Of a stretch of 64,000 nt of DNA, positions 17,042 to 27,106 are shown one piece after another; positions within the stretch are counted from its first letter, which is position 1; each line of letters starts with the position of its first letter. A program made the translations under genes and the position numbers. The DNA is taken from positions 17,449 to 81,448 of the forward strand of contig DLLD01000001.1 in NCBI GenBank assembly GCA_002476605.1. Reading direction: 5' to 3'. The stretch is from Christensenella sp. UBA7571 (lineage in GTDB: Bacteria; Bacillota; Clostridia; Christensenellales; CAG-917). The notes under the pieces are model-generated. The model did no database searches. It was given only the letters and a program-made list of their open reading frames with translations, and was not told where the DNA came from.

Positions 17042-18424
17042 ATGGTTTATGCAATAACTATCGTAACGTTTGCGGTTTTCTTCGTCATATACTTACTTAC
17101 GCGTGAAAAACCGCGCGATAAAGACGCAAAGAAGCTCGGTGAAACGGAGTATAATTCCGCTTGCAAAGATTTCGTGCGACTTATGCCGTTGCCCGAGGAG
17201 TGTGGAACGGTCAACGATAAATTTTATAAAAGGCATATAAAATTTGCGCTTTTTACCCTCAAAAACAAAAAGTATAAGGGGATATTTGACGATTTTCTTG
17301 AAAATAAGGAGCTTTTGCAACCGCTTTTGAAGGCGGATTATTCTCGTCTAGCGGATTTGGCAAGCGTGCAAAACGAACCGAGGTGTGTAAAACTTGCAAG
17401 ATTTTGCCTTGAAAGTTCCGATTACATCTTTATAGCCGATCGAGTGAAAACTCTATTTGACGAGCAAAACAAGATACGCACGATAACTTTCGGTGAAATT
17501 TCGTATATGAAAGAGGCGTTTTTGTACGCATTGCTTGAAAAGGCGTATTTCGTATTCGATGACTTAAAAACGTTGACCAAAGTTATGAAAATCGCAAAAA
17601 AGTACGTAAACGACGACGGAAACGCGTTGCTTGACAAAAAATATAAGGCATATTCAAAGTCAAAACTGTTTTTGAGTTTGTGCGCGATAAGCGCGGGGTA
17701 TAGCGGTGAAGCACATCAAAAATCTTTTATTGATACCGTTGACGATATATACGCAAAGTACGCAAGATTGCTCGATAGCGTGCAAAGCGTATTATATTAC
17801 GATTTTTCCGTGCATTATTCTCCGCTTGAAATATTCGATAAATTCGATAGTTTTGCAAACGCGACGGAAACGCAAAAAATCAATTTTCTTTCGTTGTTTT
17901 CAAAGCTATCCGACAAGGAAAATCTTGACGAATTTATGTATGCAATAAGAGCGGAGAAGTATATGACGACGTCGTCGGCGGGGCACGCAAAAGTGCGGCG
18001 TAATTCGCTACTGGATAGAAAATACTGGGTTATATCTCAACGTCAAAACCTATCTATGCTTGCGTCGGCATTGCGTTCGGATATATTTATGAAGATATAC
18101 TTTAACGACTCAAAAGAGGCTAAAAAGAAGAAAAGTATTTCAAAAATAATCGATTTTGAGAATACTTTTGAGCCGATATATAAGTTTTCAACGATAAATT
18201 TCGGTTTATCCGTGCAAAACGACGTTTTGAGGTTGTCCCCGCATTTACCGCAAAACGTAGTGAGCGCGGACGTCGCGTTCAAATCGAAAGATACCACGCA
18301 TAGAGTGAAAATTCTAAAAGGAGAGGAAGAAAAAATATATCTCGGAAATACGCAAATCAAAGGAACGCACCTTATAAAACTTGCCGACACGCCTCTCGAT
18401 ATAACCGTCGTAGTGAAAGAATAA
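17042..18424 (+). CDS. hypothetical membrane-anchored protein (N-terminal TM, 460 aa)
   Basis: Long ORF with N-terminal TM VYAITIVTFAVFFVIYLL. It is AT-richer than its neighbours and has no motif I can assign. Confidence 0.55.
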   Translation: MVYAITIVTFAVFFVIYLLTREKPRDKDAKKLGETEYNSACKDFVRLMPLPEECGTVNDKFYKRHIKFALFTLKNKKYKGIFDDFLENKELLQPLLKADYSRLADLASVQNEPRCVKLARFCLESSDYIFIADRVKTLFDEQNKIRTITFGEISYMKEAFLYALLEKAYFVFDDLKTLTKVMKIAKKYVNDDGNALLDKKYKAYSKSKLFLSLCAISAGYSGEAHQKSFIDTVDDIYAKYARLLDSVQSVLYYDFSVHYSPLEIFDKFDSFANATETQKINFLSLFSKLSDKENLDEFMYAIRAEKYMTTSSAGHAKVRRNSLLDRKYWVISQRQNLSMLASALRSDIFMKIYFNDSKEAKKKKSISKIIDFENTFEPIYKFSTINFGLSVQNDVLRLSPHLPQNVVSADVAFKSKDTTHRVKILKGEEEKIYLGNTQIKGTHLIKLADTPLDITVVVKE

Positions 18425-18628
18425 CGGTGAGGTTGCCTACATCGTGCAAATGAAAATTTTGTGCGAGAACGACTTGATTTTTCAGAATTTTGGAAAAATA
18501 CGAGCAAAAATGCGCTTAATTGAGGCGTTTTTTTATATTTTGTTGACTATTAGTTTTACTTTTGATATTATTTTTTAGTTATCACACGCACACGCAAGCG
18601 CGAGTGCAAGTTTTGTCAGGAGTATTTT

Positions 18629-19648
18629 ATGAAAGAAAAGATGGACGGCATCAAAAATTCCGCTTTACAAATGATTGCAGACGCAACCAATTCCGCGGAA
18701 CTTAATAACGTCAGAGTCAAATATCTCGGCAAAAGCGGTGAAATATCCTTGCTTATGAGAGATATGGCAAACGTTCCGAAAGAAGAACGCCCCAATATGG
18801 GTAAACTCGTCAACGAATTGAGAGGCGTAGTGGAAGGTGCGCTCAACGAAAAGAGTGCAACAATCGAGCAAGAAGAGAAGCTTGCAAGGCTCAAAGCCGA
18901 AGAAATCGACGTAACGTTGCCCTCAAACGTTGCAAAAGTCGGCACTTTGCACCCGCTCACGCTTATCAAGAACGAGCTTATAGATATTTTTACGGGTATG
19001 GGATTTACCGTTGCGGAAGGTCCTGAAATCGAGAGCGATTTGTACAACTTCCAATTGCTCAACGTGCCAAAAGATCACCCCGCAAGAGATATGCAAGATA
19101 CGTTCTACGTCAACGACAACGTCGTTTTGCGTACGCAAACGTCTGCCGTTCAAGCAAGAATTATGCAAAATCAACAACCACCTATCCGCATCGTGTCGCC
19201 CGGAAAAGTGTATAGAAGCGACGACGACGCATCGCATAGCCCCATTTTCAACCAATTTGAAGGTCTTGCGATTGACAAACATATCACGATGGGAGACTTG
19301 CAAGGTTGCTTGCAAACTTTTGCGGAAAAGATATTCTCAAAAGACACCAAGGTGCGTTTGCGCCCATCGTATTTCCCATTCACGGAGCCGTCCGTTGAGG
19401 TTGACGTAACTTGCTCTATGTGCCACGGCAAGGGTTGCCGAGTTTGCAAAGGCACGGGCTGGGTTGAAATCCTCGGCGCGGGCATCGTAAATCCCGCGGT
19501 TTTGGATATGTGCGGAATTGACAGCAGTGTATATAGCGGATTTGCATTCGGATTCGGAATCGACCGTATCGCTATGATAAAATACGGTATTCCCAACATC
19601 AAAATGCTCTATGAAAACGACGTGCGTTTTCTTAAACAATTCAATTAA
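18629..19648 (+). CDS. pheS: phenylalanine--tRNA ligase alpha subunit
   Basis: HPARDMQDTFY and FRPSYFPFTEPS class II motifs. Confidence 0.95.
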   Translation: MKEKMDGIKNSALQMIADATNSAELNNVRVKYLGKSGEISLLMRDMANVPKEERPNMGKLVNELRGVVEGALNEKSATIEQEEKLARLKAEEIDVTLPSNVAKVGTLHPLTLIKNELIDIFTGMGFTVAEGPEIESDLYNFQLLNVPKDHPARDMQDTFYVNDNVVLRTQTSAVQARIMQNQQPPIRIVSPGKVYRSDDDASHSPIFNQFEGLAIDKHITMGDLQGCLQTFAEKIFSKDTKVRLRPSYFPFTEPSVEVDVTCSMCHGKGCRVCKGTGWVEILGAGIVNPAVLDMCGIDSSVYSGFAFGFGIDRIAMIKYGIPNIKMLYENDVRFLKQFN

Positions 19649-19660
19649 GGGGGCAAAGGT

Positions 19661-22060
19661 ATGTTAGTTCCTATTTCGTGGCTTAAAGATTACGTAGATA
19701 TCGACGTCAAACCCGAAGTGCTTGCAAAGAAACTCGTTGCAATCGGTTTTGAAGTGGAAGAAATCATATATCAAGAGAAACAAGCGACCAACGTCGTAGT
19801 CGGCAAAATCGTCAAAGTTGACAAGCACCCCAACGCCGACCGTTTGCGCGTTACGCAAATAGATATCGGTGAAAAGACGATACAAGTGGTCACCAACGTT
19901 CCCGTCGAGGGAGGAGAGACTATCGCGGTTGCGCTTGACGGCGCACACCTTGCGGACTGTCACGACATCAAAAAAGGTGAACTCCGCGGAGTGGTCAGTG
20001 AAGGTATGCTTTGCGGGCTCGAAGAAGTCGGCGTAACGGAAGACGACGTGCAAAATCAAAAGACGGGTGACATTATCCGCTTTGAAAATGGCACGACGCT
20101 CGGACAAAACGCGCTTAAAGCACTTGGACACGACGATATTATTCTCGACGTGAGCATCACGGCAAACCGTCCCGACTGCAACAGTATTTACAAGATGGCA
20201 AAAGAAGTTGCGGTTGCGCTCAAAACCTCTTGCAGAGAACCCGAAATCGATTATAAGGTCAGCAATATAGACGCAAAAGTCACCGATATGGTGACCGTTG
20301 ACGTGCAAAATCAAGAGCTTTGCCCCAGATATATGGCGGCAGGCGTGAAAAATATCAAAATTTTCCCGTCCTCGCAAAAGATCAAATCGAGATTGCGCGC
20401 GGTGGGTATCCGTCCGATCAACAATATCGTGGATATCACCAACTACGTGCTTACCGAAATCGGTCAACCGATGCACTCCTTTGACAAGAGAGAACTCGAT
20501 GGCGACAAAATCGTCGTTCGCAACGCAAAGAACGGTGAGACTATCGAGACTCTCGACGGCAAACAAAACACGTTGAACGACAGTATGCTCGTAATCTGCG
20601 ACGCGTACAAGCCCGTTGCGGTTGCCGGCATTATGGGCGGTGAAAACAGCGGTATTCAACAAGATACTACGGAAGTCGTTTTCGAGGCGGCAAAATTTGC
20701 TCGCGACAACGTAAGACGCACTTCTCGTGCACTCAACTTGCGCTCGGACAGCTCCGCAAGATTTGAAAAAGGTATCGACTTTGCATCGCAAGAATACGGT
20801 TTGAAACGTGCTTTGACGCTCGTTTATCAAATGGGCGCGGGCGATATCGTCGAGGGAATAATCGACGTCAAGGTCGACTATCAAAAGGTGCGCGAAATCA
20901 AGTTCACAACGAGAAAACTTCAAGAAATCCTCGGTTGCAAAGTGCCCAAATCCGCTTTGGTATCCATACTCGAAAGACTCGGTATCGAAGTGGTTGACGG
21001 TGACAAGTGCCTCATCGCAAAGGTCAAAGAGGACAGAGAAGATATCGTAGGCGTAAACGATATTGCGGAAGAATTTATCCGCGTTTACGGCTACAATCAT
21101 ATCAAACCGACGTTGTTTGAATACGCGACGCTCACCAAGGGCGGTATTCCCGACAATTTGAAGTTTGTCAATATCATCAAAAACACTCTTTGCGCGTGCG
21201 GTTTGTTGGAAAGCGTAACGTACTCGTTCACATCACCGAAATTCGTATCGCAACTCAATCTCGTAGAGGACGATACTGCTCGCAAGGCAATCAAGCTCGT
21301 CAATCCGCTCGGTGAGGCGTTGAGCGTTATGCGCACCACGCTTACGCACAGTATGATTGAAACGATGTGCTACAATATCACGCACTTCAACAAAGACGCA
21401 AAACTCTTCGAGGTCGCAAACGTGTATTTGCCCAAAGAGCTTCCGCTCAAAGAATTGCCGTACGAAGAGAGCAGACTTTGCATCGGTATGTACGGTGAAG
21501 GCGTTGATTTCTTCACGATTAAAGGCGCACTCGAAGAGACGTTCAAGGCGCTCCATATCAACGAAAAATACGTGCGCTCCGAAAGACCGTATTTGCATAC
21601 GGGCAGAGGCGCGGAGATTATCGTCGACGGTAACAGCGTAGGCTTCGTCGGTGAAGTTCACCCCGACGTTGCGGACAACTACGGCATCGACAATTTCAGA
21701 TTGTACGTCGCGGAAATCTCGATTGACAAGATTTACGACGAGAAACGCCTTGAAAAGAGCAAATTTGCTCCGTTCTCCAAGTTCCCGATCATCGAGCGCG
21801 ACCTTGCGGTCGTAGTCGACGACAGCGTACTTGCGGGAGATATGACGGACGCGGTTATCGGTGCGAAAATCAAATATCTCACCGACGCAAAAGTATTCGA
21901 TACCTACAAGAGCGAACAAATCGGTCAAGGCAAGAAGAGCGTTGCAATGAGCTTTTCGTTCTCGTCGCTCGAACGCACTCTCACCGACGACGAAATCGCA
22001 ACCGAAATGGCAAAGATACTTTCCGTCCTCAAACGCAAAGTCGGTGCAAAAATAAGATAA
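19661..22060 (+). CDS. pheT: phenylalanine--tRNA ligase beta subunit
   Basis: 799 aa with N-terminal tRNA-binding domain (VVGKIVKVDKHPNADRL), B3/4, B5 and C-terminal FDX-ACB domains. Confidence 0.95.
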   Translation: MLVPISWLKDYVDIDVKPEVLAKKLVAIGFEVEEIIYQEKQATNVVVGKIVKVDKHPNADRLRVTQIDIGEKTIQVVTNVPVEGGETIAVALDGAHLADCHDIKKGELRGVVSEGMLCGLEEVGVTEDDVQNQKTGDIIRFENGTTLGQNALKALGHDDIILDVSITANRPDCNSIYKMAKEVAVALKTSCREPEIDYKVSNIDAKVTDMVTVDVQNQELCPRYMAAGVKNIKIFPSSQKIKSRLRAVGIRPINNIVDITNYVLTEIGQPMHSFDKRELDGDKIVVRNAKNGETIETLDGKQNTLNDSMLVICDAYKPVAVAGIMGGENSGIQQDTTEVVFEAAKFARDNVRRTSRALNLRSDSSARFEKGIDFASQEYGLKRALTLVYQMGAGDIVEGIIDVKVDYQKVREIKFTTRKLQEILGCKVPKSALVSILERLGIEVVDGDKCLIAKVKEDREDIVGVNDIAEEFIRVYGYNHIKPTLFEYATLTKGGIPDNLKFVNIIKNTLCACGLLESVTYSFTSPKFVSQLNLVEDDTARKAIKLVNPLGEALSVMRTTLTHSMIETMCYNITHFNKDAKLFEVANVYLPKELPLKELPYEESRLCIGMYGEGVDFFTIKGALEETFKALHINEKYVRSERPYLHTGRGAEIIVDGNSVGFVGEVHPDVADNYGIDNFRLYVAEISIDKIYDEKRLEKSKFAPFSKFPIIERDLAVVVDDSVLAGDMTDAVIGAKIKYLTDAKVFDTYKSEQIGQGKKSVAMSFSFSSLERTLTDDEIATEMAKILSVLKRKVGAKIR

Positions 22061-22096
22061 AATCAATAAAAAATACAACTTTTAAGGGCAAATATT

Positions 22097-24145
22097 ATGT
22101 TTGACGCAAAAAGTCTAAACACTCTCGAATATCCGCAAATACTTGCAAGATTGAGCGATTTTGCTCAATCGCAAGGCGGAAAGAAAAAGGCAAGAAGCCT
22201 CGTTCCGTTCGAGACCATAAGCGAAGCCGACGACGCACTCAACGAAACGGCGGAAGCGGATAAAGTGTTGTTTGAATACTCGCTTTCTCCCAATTTTGCC
22301 GTTGACGACGTTGCCGATATCCTTATAAAAGCCAAGAAGGGCGCAGTGCTTTCCATTGCGGATATTTTGAAGGTAGGAAGGTCGCTTCGCGTTGCGCACA
22401 AAATCAAAAAAACTTTGACCAACGTCAAAGATTGCCCCATTTTATACGATATCGCAAGCAGACTTTACGAGAACGAGCCTCTCGAAAAGAGCATTTTCGA
22501 GGACTTTCTGAGCGAGACGGAAGTTGCGGACAACGCTACGGCGGAATTGAGACAAATACGTATTAGAATACGCAAGCTCAACGACAACGTTCGCACCAAA
22601 CTGCAACTTTTCATAACGTCACCGCAATATTCCAAATATTTGCAAGACAGCATCGTCACGATGCGCGGGGATAGATACGTTATCCCGCTCAAAAGCGACT
22701 TCAAAGGCTCGATCCCGGGACTCGTACACGATCAATCCGCTTCGGGATCTACGCTTTTCGTAGAGCCTATGCAAGTGGTGGAGCTCAACAACGAACTCAA
22801 AGTGGAACTCGTCAACGAGCAACTTGAAATCGAGCGTATTTTGCGCAATTTCTCCTCGACTATTATGGGAAGCGCGGACAACATATCGTGGTCGTATCAA
22901 AATATCGTCGATCTCGATATGATATTTGCAAAAGCGCAACTTGCAAGGGAATATAAGGCGGTTAGACCTACTCTTAATAATGAGGGCTACGTTCGCATTA
23001 GAGGCGGTAGGCACCCGCTTATCGACGCGCACAAAGTCGTTCCCGTGTCCTTGCAACTCGAAAAAGACGATAAAATGTTGCTCATCACTGGTCCGAACAC
23101 GGGCGGAAAAACCGTTACGCTCAAACTCGTCGGTCTTTTCACTATTATGGCAATGAGCGGACTTTACGTGCCCGCAAAACATGCGGATATATCCGTATTC
23201 GACGGCGTTTACAGCGATATCGGAGACGAGCAGAGCATACAACAGAGTTTGTCCACGTTCTCGTCGCATATCAAAAATACCATCGGAGTTTTGGATATTA
23301 TCACTTCCAAGTCCCTTGTGTTGTTTGACGAACTCGGTGCGGGTACTGACCCCGGTGAAGGCGCGGCGCTTGCCGTGAGCATTGCCGAGCATTTGCTCAA
23401 AGTTGGGTGCAAATCGCTTATAACGTCGCACTTCAACGACCTTAAAGAGTTTGCGCTCGTAACGAACGGCGTCGTTGCCGCTTCTATGGAATTTAATTCC
23501 GAAACGTTTTCACCTACGTATAAGTTGGTTATGGGTGCAATCGGTGCGTCCAACGCATTGGCAATTGCGCAAAAACTCGGCTTGAAAGAGGATATTATCA
23601 ATAGCGCAAAGAACAAAATTTCTGCCGAAAAACGCCAATTCGACAACGTTTTGACCGCTGCCGAGCAGACGCGTATGAAAGCGGCGGAGCTCGTAAACGA
23701 AGCGTCTATCGATAGAGAAAACGCCGCAAAAGCACTCAAAGACGCGCAAATCGAGAAGAAACGCATTGAGGAAAAGCGCGAAAAACTCGACGAAAGTATC
23801 CGCAAAGAGACCAAACGACTCATCGAAAACAGCGTCGAAGAAGCCAACGAAGTGCTTGACAAAATCAAAGAGATTTTGAACAAACCGCAAATCGAGGACA
23901 AAGATTTGTTTGAAGCAAGGAAACTTCGCAAACAACTCGAAACTATGTCCGCCGACTACGAAAAAGAAGCGGTCGTCGAGGACGTTCCCGACGATAGTCC
24001 GCTCAAAATCGGTGATAACGTATTCGTGAAATCACTCCAAAAGAAGGGCAAACTCGTAGCAATCAATCAAAGAGGCGAGGCGCAAGTGTCCTTTGGAAAA
24101 CTCACGACCAAAGTCAAAAAAGACGACTACTACAAGGTGAAATAA
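22097..24145 (+). CDS. mutS2: MutS2-family ATPase lacking the C-terminal Smr domain
   Basis: GPNTGGKT Walker A and LFDELGAGTDP. The protein ends right after the KOW-like segment (...GDNVFVKSLQKKGKLVAINQRGEAQVSFGKLTTKVKKDDYYKVK*). Confidence 0.8.
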   Translation: MFDAKSLNTLEYPQILARLSDFAQSQGGKKKARSLVPFETISEADDALNETAEADKVLFEYSLSPNFAVDDVADILIKAKKGAVLSIADILKVGRSLRVAHKIKKTLTNVKDCPILYDIASRLYENEPLEKSIFEDFLSETEVADNATAELRQIRIRIRKLNDNVRTKLQLFITSPQYSKYLQDSIVTMRGDRYVIPLKSDFKGSIPGLVHDQSASGSTLFVEPMQVVELNNELKVELVNEQLEIERILRNFSSTIMGSADNISWSYQNIVDLDMIFAKAQLAREYKAVRPTLNNEGYVRIRGGRHPLIDAHKVVPVSLQLEKDDKMLLITGPNTGGKTVTLKLVGLFTIMAMSGLYVPAKHADISVFDGVYSDIGDEQSIQQSLSTFSSHIKNTIGVLDIITSKSLVLFDELGAGTDPGEGAALAVSIAEHLLKVGCKSLITSHFNDLKEFALVTNGVVAASMEFNSETFSPTYKLVMGAIGASNALAIAQKLGLKEDIINSAKNKISAEKRQFDNVLTAAEQTRMKAAELVNEASIDRENAAKALKDAQIEKKRIEEKREKLDESIRKETKRLIENSVEEANEVLDKIKEILNKPQIEDKDLFEARKLRKQLETMSADYEKEAVVEDVPDDSPLKIGDNVFVKSLQKKGKLVAINQRGEAQVSFGKLTTKVKKDDYYKVK

Positions 24146-24720
24146 TGGTTGACAATTATTCTCAATCGGTTGAAGTTGACGTAAGCCATCACGCAAAGCG
24201 TTTGCAGTGGACGGGAATGTTTCTCGTGTTGTTTTCGCTTGGGTTCGTGGTGACGTCCATATTTTACAGTTGGTATTTTATGATTGCGTTCGGCGTATTT
24301 TTCGCCGGGGGCATCGTTTGTATACACGTATACAACCAAACCGCAAAGGAATATATATACGAAGTCAGCACCACGCGCCTCGTTATCGTCAAAAAAGACG
24401 TCGTCAACAAACAGTCCGTCGTGCTTTCACTTTTGTTTAAGGACGTGACGAGTTTCGGCATTATGGACGATTTGTATCACGATAAAGTCGAGGGTGAGGA
24501 CGTGGTTTGTTGCAATAGCCAAGTCGACGTCATTGATTATAGCAAAACTTTCGATATCTTGTTTTGCAATAAAGCGTACGATTTGGGCGTGTACCAAATC
24601 GTGTTTTTGCCCGAAGATACCGGCATAAGCCAAAAGGTGCTTTTTGCGCCCGACGAATATATGATTGCACTCATAAACGAGAATATCAAGAGTGCAAAAA
24701 CACAAAACGAAGAAAAATAA
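24145..24720 (+). CDS. hypothetical 2-TM membrane protein
   Basis: Its ATG overlaps the mutS2 TAA by 1 nt. Two adjacent TM helices near the N-terminus. No recognisable motif. Confidence 0.55.
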   Translation: MVDNYSQSVEVDVSHHAKRLQWTGMFLVLFSLGFVVTSIFYSWYFMIAFGVFFAGGIVCIHVYNQTAKEYIYEVSTTRLVIVKKDVVNKQSVVLSLLFKDVTSFGIMDDLYHDKVEGEDVVCCNSQVDVIDYSKTFDILFCNKAYDLGVYQIVFLPEDTGISQKVLFAPDEYMIALINENIKSAKTQNEEK

Positions 24721-24763
24721 AATTGAGAAACACAACGCAAATATGTGTTTAGATAACCGAAAA

Positions 24764-25909
24764 ATGGAAAAATTGATTTATCTTGACAACGCCGCGACGA
24801 CGAGAATATATCCCGAAACCGCGTCTATGATTATGAACGAGAGCATAGACGATTTTTTCAATCCGTCCGCGCTTTACAAACCGTCGGTTAAACTATCGGT
24901 CAAAATCAAGAACGCAAGAGACGGCATAAAGAGTGCGCTTCACGCACCCGACGGAGAATTGTATTTTACCTCTGGCGGAACGGAGTCGGACAATACCGCG
25001 CTTTTTTGCACGAGAAAGGCAAAGGGAAGCAGAGTTATCGTCGGTCTCGGTGAGCACGACGCAATTATAAACGGTGCAAATCAACTTTTGGCGCAAGGTT
25101 ACGACGTGGTATTTGCGCCTATCAAGACGGACGGTTCGGTCGACGTTGACGAATTTAAGAAATTGCTCAACGAAAACGTGTCGCTCGTGTCGATTATGCA
25201 CGTAAGCAACGAAACGGGCGCGATCAACGATATCGCAAGGCTCGTAAAACTCACCAAAAAAGTTGCGCCAAACGCCATATTCCACAGCGACGGCGTACAA
25301 GCGTTTGGAAAAATCAAAGTGAATTTGCGTGCGCTCGACGTCGATTTGTACTCGATTTCAGCACACAAAATACACGGACCGAAGGGGATAGGCGGTTTGT
25401 TCGTCAAAAAAGGCACGTCTATAAAACCGCTTTTGTACGGCGGAGGACAAGAAAAAGGCTTCCGCTCGGGCACGGAAAACGCTCCGAATATTTTGGGATT
25501 TGCCGACGCAGTGGAGCGTTGCTCTGCGTCTTTTGCGGACGATATCGCAAGAAAAACCGCTTTCAAACAAGCGTTGATTGACGAGCTTCAAGCTCAAATC
25601 GACGATATTGCGATTATATCTCCAAGTGAAAACTGTGCTCCCAACATTCTCACCGTTGCGTTCAAAAACGTGCGTGGTGAAGTGCTTTTGCACGATATCG
25701 AAGACAAAGGAATATTGGTAGGCATAGGCTCTGCTTGCTCGTCGCATCACGAGAGTAGATTCAAGTCATTACTCGGTCTTGACGATAGCCATAGGGACGG
25801 AATTATCCGTTTCAGTACTTCGCACGAAAACGATACCGAGGACGTGGACTATATCGTGTCTAATATCAAATCAAGCCTCGAAAAACTCACTAATTACACA
25901 AGAATATAA
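24764..25909 (+). CDS. cysteine desulfurase (NifS/IscS class V aminotransferase), thiI partner
   Basis: IYLDNAATT start, SAHKIHGPKGIG PLP-lysine and GSACSS active-site Cys. ATG 24764 preferred. Confidence 0.88.
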   Translation: MEKLIYLDNAATTRIYPETASMIMNESIDDFFNPSALYKPSVKLSVKIKNARDGIKSALHAPDGELYFTSGGTESDNTALFCTRKAKGSRVIVGLGEHDAIINGANQLLAQGYDVVFAPIKTDGSVDVDEFKKLLNENVSLVSIMHVSNETGAINDIARLVKLTKKVAPNAIFHSDGVQAFGKIKVNLRALDVDLYSISAHKIHGPKGIGGLFVKKGTSIKPLLYGGGQEKGFRSGTENAPNILGFADAVERCSASFADDIARKTAFKQALIDELQAQIDDIAIISPSENCAPNILTVAFKNVRGEVLLHDIEDKGILVGIGSACSSHHESRFKSLLGLDDSHRDGIIRFSTSHENDTEDVDYIVSNIKSSLEKLTNYTRI

Positions 25910-25918
25910 AGGTAAATT

Positions 25919-27097
25919 ATGGACAAAGTTGTAATAATCCGCTACGGCGAAATCTTTTTGAAAGGCAAAAATCGCGACTATTTCGAGAGTTTGCTCATAA
26001 AGAACATCAAGCACACACTTTACGGAATACAGTGCGATTTTACGCGCTCACAAGGCAGATATTTCGTTGAAAACTACGATATTGACGACGAGGACGAAAT
26101 CGTCGACAGACTCAAAAAAGTATTCGGCATCTATTCGCTTTCCGTCGCTTACAAGGTGGAAACCAAGGCGGATCAAGGCTTTTGCGATATAAAAGCTTGC
26201 CTCAAAGACGTTGCTGTGAGAGCAGAGGAAGAGTGCGTACTCAAAAATGCCAAATTCCGCGTAACCGTCAAGCGTGCCGACAAGCGTATTCCCAAACCGT
26301 CCTACGAAATCGCGGCGGAACTCGGCGGTGTAGTGCTTGCCAATACTCACTTCAAAGTGGATTTGACCGCTTTTGACTACGATTTTATGGTCGATATAAG
26401 AGAAAACGGTTATTCTTTCGTATTCAGCGACGTCATAAGCGGTGCTGGCGGACTTCCGGTAGGTTGTTCGAGCAAAGGTCTTATGTTGCTTTCGGGCGGT
26501 ATAGATTCTCCCGTCGCGGCGTATATGATGGCAAAAAGAGGTATGAGGCTCTGCGCAATACATTTTTGCTCACCGCCGTATACCTCTGAAAGAGCAAAGG
26601 AAAAAGTAATCGAACTTCGCAATATCGTCAGCAAATACGCAACGGATATCAAGCTCTATATAGTGCCGTTTACCGAAATTCAAATGGAAATTCACAGAGT
26701 TTGCCCCGCGGAATTTATGATTACGATTATGCGTAGATTTATGATGCGCATCGCAACCATAGTTGCAAACAACACCGAGTGCAAGGCAATAATCACGGGT
26801 GAAAGCCTCGGACAAGTCGCTTCGCAAACTGTTGAGAGTATGACTTCAACCGAAGATTGCGCGGGACTTCCGATTTTCCGTCCGCTCGTTGCGTTCGATA
26901 AGGAAGAAACGATGGCTCTTGCAAGAAAAATCGGCACGTACGAGACGTCAATCGAGCCGTTTGAAGACTGCTGTACGATTTTCTTGCCCAAGAACCCCGC
27001 AATTCACCCCAAACTTGACAGAGTAAGAGAAGCGGAAAAAGCAATGGATATCGACGCGCTCGTCAAAAAAGCAGTCGAAGGTATAGAAATAGTGTAG
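25919..27097 (+). CDS. thiI: tRNA 4-thiouridine(8) synthase ThiI
   Basis: THUMP N-terminus and PP-loop LLSGGIDSPVAAY. Confidence 0.92.
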   Translation: MDKVVIIRYGEIFLKGKNRDYFESLLIKNIKHTLYGIQCDFTRSQGRYFVENYDIDDEDEIVDRLKKVFGIYSLSVAYKVETKADQGFCDIKACLKDVAVRAEEECVLKNAKFRVTVKRADKRIPKPSYEIAAELGGVVLANTHFKVDLTAFDYDFMVDIRENGYSFVFSDVISGAGGLPVGCSSKGLMLLSGGIDSPVAAYMMAKRGMRLCAIHFCSPPYTSERAKEKVIELRNIVSKYATDIKLYIVPFTEIQMEIHRVCPAEFMITIMRRFMMRIATIVANNTECKAIITGESLGQVASQTVESMTSTEDCAGLPIFRPLVAFDKEETMALARKIGTYETSIEPFEDCCTIFLPKNPAIHPKLDRVREAEKAMDIDALVKKAVEGIEIV

Positions 27098-27106
27098 TCT
27101 TTACGT

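Noticed and set aside
18425-18628. A possible T-box leader upstream of pheST.
   Set aside because: The spacer is only ~200 nt. There is no T-box consensus (AAnnGGGUGGUACCGCG-like) and no specifier-loop architecture. Only a promoter (TTGACT/TATTAT) and weak hairpins are present.
19664-21100. A 478-aa ORF antisense to pheT. Similar long antisense ORFs occur at 7152-7907, 15143-15883, 45743-46759, 49020-50078, 57453-58340 and 58389-59324.
   Set aside because: Each lies fully inside a confidently identified housekeeping gene on the other strand and has no RBS. The translations are low-complexity or compositionally odd. These are typical shadow ORFs caused by codon bias.
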